Source: Ruditapes philippinarum
Lineage: Eukaryota
Assembly (NCBI RefSeq): GCF_026571515.1
Contig: NW_026865890.1
Span: 1 to 64,000 of the forward strand
Direction: 5' to 3'
DNA: 64,000 bases
This document shows positions 61,501 through 64,000 of this stretch, one piece after another. The notes under the pieces are model-generated. The model saw only the letters and a list, made by a program, of their open reading frames with translations. It searched no databases and was not told the DNA's origin. Every line of letters begins with the position of its first letter. Within the stretch, counting starts at the first letter, position 1. Both the position numbers and the translations under genes were made by a program.

Positions 61501-64000
61501 TTTTCATATATTGCCAAACATAAATTTGCATGTTAATCGTTCTGTACCATTAAATATTTTAAAGATCATTAATAATCAAAGATATCAGTTTATAAGTTAT
61601 ACAAATGTCATGGTCCCAAACTGTTCACTTTTAATGAGGGGCCAAGATAATGTAAGTTGCCAAATAGCTCATTCGGTAGAGCACTGGAAAGGTATTCTGA
61701 GTGTCCTAAGGTTCAAGTCCCTGCCAGTTTGTACATTTTACTCAACATGTACCTGTGACACAGATATGATATTTTTGTTTTTGTTTCTTGGATAGAACAT
61801 GGAAAAGAACAACATGTTTCTACAGTGCTCTCCATTTAAACCAAAATCTGGTGAAATCACTGGTCAAACTTGCTCCTTTTGTCAAACTATGATAAACATT
61901 AAAATCAGTAACAGTTAGGGGTGATTTATAAAGGCTTACTTTAATTAAATGGTCATTTCTAGAGAGCACTGCATCTTTGATTAAATATTACACTGTGGTA
62001 TATTAATTTATTTTCTGTCCTTAGAATGTATCTGTGAATGATGAGATACTAAATCTGGCTGTTACCGGGCAGTTTACCTTGTTACCAGGATGTAGGTCAC
62101 ATGACCTGTGCCATGACAACAGGTGTCAGAATGGAGGATCATGTCAGGATATGTGGACTACAAGTTATTGTGAATGTACTCCAGGATATATAGGTGATGA
62201 TGTGTATTAAAAGTTCATGTATTATAGTTCTTTACTAGTGTGGTCTCACTGAATTATAATTATCAATTATGTGGCCCTCATGGCCATGAGTGAAAGAGTT
62301 AACCTCAAAACAGTGCATCTCTTTGTGATTGAATCTTTTCATGCTTTACACTCTTCATATGAAGAAATTATCCAGGTTCCTTCCATAGTCATAGTTATAG
62401 TTGTGTACCCACTTATACTCAAAATACTAAGGAATCTTTAATGATTATTTCCACATTTATATATCTAACTGGTATATTACACAAGATTAATATTCTTCAT
62501 AATAGTGCTATATGTGAAAAAAAATATATTAAAATTTGATTTTAAAAGAACCATCAATTTAACATTCAACCTGATTCTTTTAAATGGGTTTGCCCAGGTT
62601 CCATATTTGAAACTGTTCATAACCAATTTTTTGTCAAAATGAAAACTCCAATTTTATTAAGTCAGCCAACAGTATAGAGCCTGGTCAGACTGCATGGATG
62701 TGTAGTACGGTCTGGCTCTATACTGGTGGCAATGGCTTAAATCTCTTTTAGTTTCACCAGGTTGAGCGTTAAACATATAAAATAATACTTGCTGTTTTGT
62801 AGGGTCTGTGTGCGAATTCCAACAAGCAGCTCAGTTTGAGATGGAATCTTTTCTACACTTCTCCAAAGGTTTATCTAAAATAACAAGTTTATCACTGTTG
62901 TTCACAAGCAACTCAGACTCTGGAGTGATATTATATACTGTAAGTTTAAAAGAATATATTATATAATTTATATTTTTTTACATCATTGAAAATACTGATT
63001 TACACAAAACTGTTATTTTTCTTTTCTTTTTTGATAACTAGTATTAAAGATTTGTATGGTATTTATATTGTACTAGAATGAGGGGGGATGGGGTCTCTGG
63101 CATCTGTATCTTGCATCATCAAAATTGTTTCAAACAACATCTCCTCTTAAACCATTGGGCATATTGTGTTAAAAGTAAGCAGGATTGTTCCTAGCTTGAA
63201 GATTTTTCAAAATTGTTTAAAAAATTCCATTTCTTGTGGAAGTCAGATTGCCATTGCAACAGAACAAATAAACTTTCGAAATCTTCTTCAGAATCAAGAG
63301 GGCAAGGAAGAACTTAGATACAGTCATGTATTTTGCATGTAACATTGTCTAGGTTGAGGTTTATACCAAGTTTGTCACAAATTATAGCCATGGGGTCAAA
63401 ATTGGCACTACAAGAGATCAAAAGATGCAAAAATAGCCCTTCCTGTATTACTTATTCAGTAGAATGATAATAATAAATAGTGCAAAATCAGTCATTAATC
63501 ACATATAGCTTGTAAATTATTTCTTGAATCTTGAATCCCTTTACTTTCTTAAAAATCTTAATACTTTTTCCTCAAATTTGATTTTCTTGAAATAATTATT
63601 GGCTCATTCAGAGACATGCAGCTTTAAATGGTCTCTTTTTATATCTGATATTATTATAATAAGATACACAAAGTCTAAGATAATATAAGATAAGATAATC
63701 GTTTATTTATAATAGTCACTTTGTAATTTGACAATAATTACAAAACTATATACGTAATTAAAATAATTAATGATAATAACACCCGGCCCTATGGGCCTGT
63801 AAGTCACCTTGCTCACTGTATAAGTTTATCATGTTTCCACCAAAAATATTGGAATGAAGTCATATATCATAAGTATACTACAAATTCTGTTTCCTATATA
63901 ATTATATATGTATTTCAGCTTGACAGTGATATGTTATGCCTGTATATAGATAGAGGAAGTCTTGTTCTTCATTTGATGAGCAATGATGATGATTTTATAA
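46548..64000 (+). CDS. Crumbs-like EGF-repeat / laminin-G protein, 5' part (continues beyond the window)
   Basis: Exons 46548-46602, 50012-50126, 51031-51236, 51484-51624, 53008-53227, 53643-53772, 54863-55196, 57225-57479, 58542-58664, 59157-59270, 60298-60620, 61132-61467, 62025-62193, 62803-62939, 63919-end; all GT-AG and in phase. Signal peptide [28 protein letters not shown], 15 EGF repeats (several Ca-binding D/N-D/E-C type), then ATFDG-LamG...[19 protein letters not shown]...[11 protein letters not shown]...C (Crumbs-type inter-LamG EGF) and a second LamG. The transmembrane segment and ERLI tail are not in the window, so orthology (crumbs vs another EGF-LamG gene such as eyes shut) is not proven. 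Confidence 0.85.
47035..47280 (-). mobile_element. Degenerate tRNA-derived SINE (V-SINE/RUDI-like)
   Basis: Reverse complement has GAGGAAGTTATCTAG...GGTTCTACAGTG...GTGCCTGATATTATTCACC, the family core. Confidence 0.65.
48110..48385 (+). mobile_element. Degenerate tRNA-derived SINE (V-SINE/RUDI-like)
   Basis: GTTCAAATCCAGCCAGGGACTTTGGATT...GAGGAAGCTAACCAGCTGGCTT...CTGAAATATTGCA...CCTGAGGTTCTTCCTC. Confidence 0.7.
49491..49865. mobile_element. TTAA-flanked MITE family C
   Basis: TTAA-AGGCACATTATGC ... GCATAATGTGACT-TTAA. Confidence 0.78.
50218..50490 (+). mobile_element. tRNA-derived SINE (V-SINE/RUDI-like)
   Basis: CAGGGACTT...AGGAAGCTATTCAGCTAGCTTA...TGGTTCTACTCAGGTGC...CTGGAAAGTCGCCATAT...A-rich tail. 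Confidence 0.75.
51630..52935. repeat. Degenerate ~40-bp tandem repeat filling a Crumbs-like intron, split by a hAT MITE
   Basis: Unit approximately TTCATTGAATAGGTAATCTGAAATAGCTTAAGTGCTCTATC at 51630-51850 and 52360-52935. Confidence 0.85.
51855..52355. mobile_element. hAT-type MITE (501 bp) with 8-bp TSD
   Basis: CTGTACAT [TAGTGATG ... CATCACTA] CTGTACAT; TSD at 51847-51854 and 52356-52363. Confidence 0.88.
54015..54245 (+). mobile_element. tRNA-derived SINE (V-SINE/RUDI-like)
   Basis: CAGGGACTATGGATTCTTTCAT...GAAGCTATCCAGCTAGCTTACAGAATGTC...GCCATATGACCTGTACTGTG. Confidence 0.75.
55516..56979 (+). mobile_element. Non-autonomous Helentron/pearl-like element carrying about 9 copies of a 146-bp satellite
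   Basis: 5' module TTTTTATGCTCCCCGAAAAA...TTCGGGGGAGCATA plus (CGTA/CGTC) microsatellite; 146-bp units (TCCGG at 55601, 55747, ...) containing ACCTTGAAGGTCAAGGTCAC; 3' module TTCGGGGAGCAT...CCGGTTCAACCGG CTCTTGTTT. Confidence 0.88.
58221..58480 (+). mobile_element. Near full-length tRNA-derived SINE (V-SINE/RUDI-like)
   Basis: A-box TGGCCAAGTGG, B-box-like AGTTTGAATCC, core GGTGGTTCTACTCAGGTGCCC...CTGAAATAATGCA...GAGGTCTTCCTCCACCAGTAAAGCTGG, A-rich tail. Superfamily name from recall, not a search. Confidence 0.8.
61655..61760 (+). mobile_element. Short degenerate tRNA-derived element
   Basis: TAGCTCATTCGGTAGAGCACTG...GGTTCAAGTCCC has A/B boxes but no intact acceptor or anticodon stems. Confidence 0.55.

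Noticed and set aside
46548-64000. Notch or fibropellin assignment for the EGF gene
   Set aside because: EGF repeats are followed by laminin-G domains, not LNR/ankyrin or avidin domains.

Overview
AT-rich, intron-rich animal genomic DNA, very probably from a bivalve mollusc (inferred from the SINE, satellite and Helentron-type repeat content). Four multi-exon protein-coding genes can be assembled by hand with consistent splice phases. (1) SMG7, a nonsense-mediated decay factor, on the minus strand: ATG at 19653, at least 17 exons, 3' end probably outside the window. (2) Head-to-head with it, an 8-exon, 278-aa amidohydrolase-2 family enzyme resembling bacterial L-fucono/L-rhamnono-lactonases (21028-28427, +), with one probable GC-AG intron. 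(3) A complete 6-exon PRDM12 orthologue (34040-39085, +; PR domain plus 3 C2H2 fingers). (4) The 5' part of a Crumbs-like gene (46548 to the window end, +; signal peptide, 15 EGF, LamG, EGF, LamG). An intact tRNA-Pro(TGG) lies at 30322-30393. Introns and spacers are packed with tRNA-derived SINEs, TTAA-flanked MITEs, a hAT MITE, two Helentron-like elements carrying satellite arrays and a truncated LINE. The most unusual signal is a ~1.9-kb array of a 44-bp unit in an SMG7 intron. On the mRNA strand each unit reads pyrimidine tract-CAG|ATTT|GTAAGT, giving about 40 potential 4-nt poison micro-exons inside an NMD gene. This is a hypothesis from sequence only; there is no expression evidence here.
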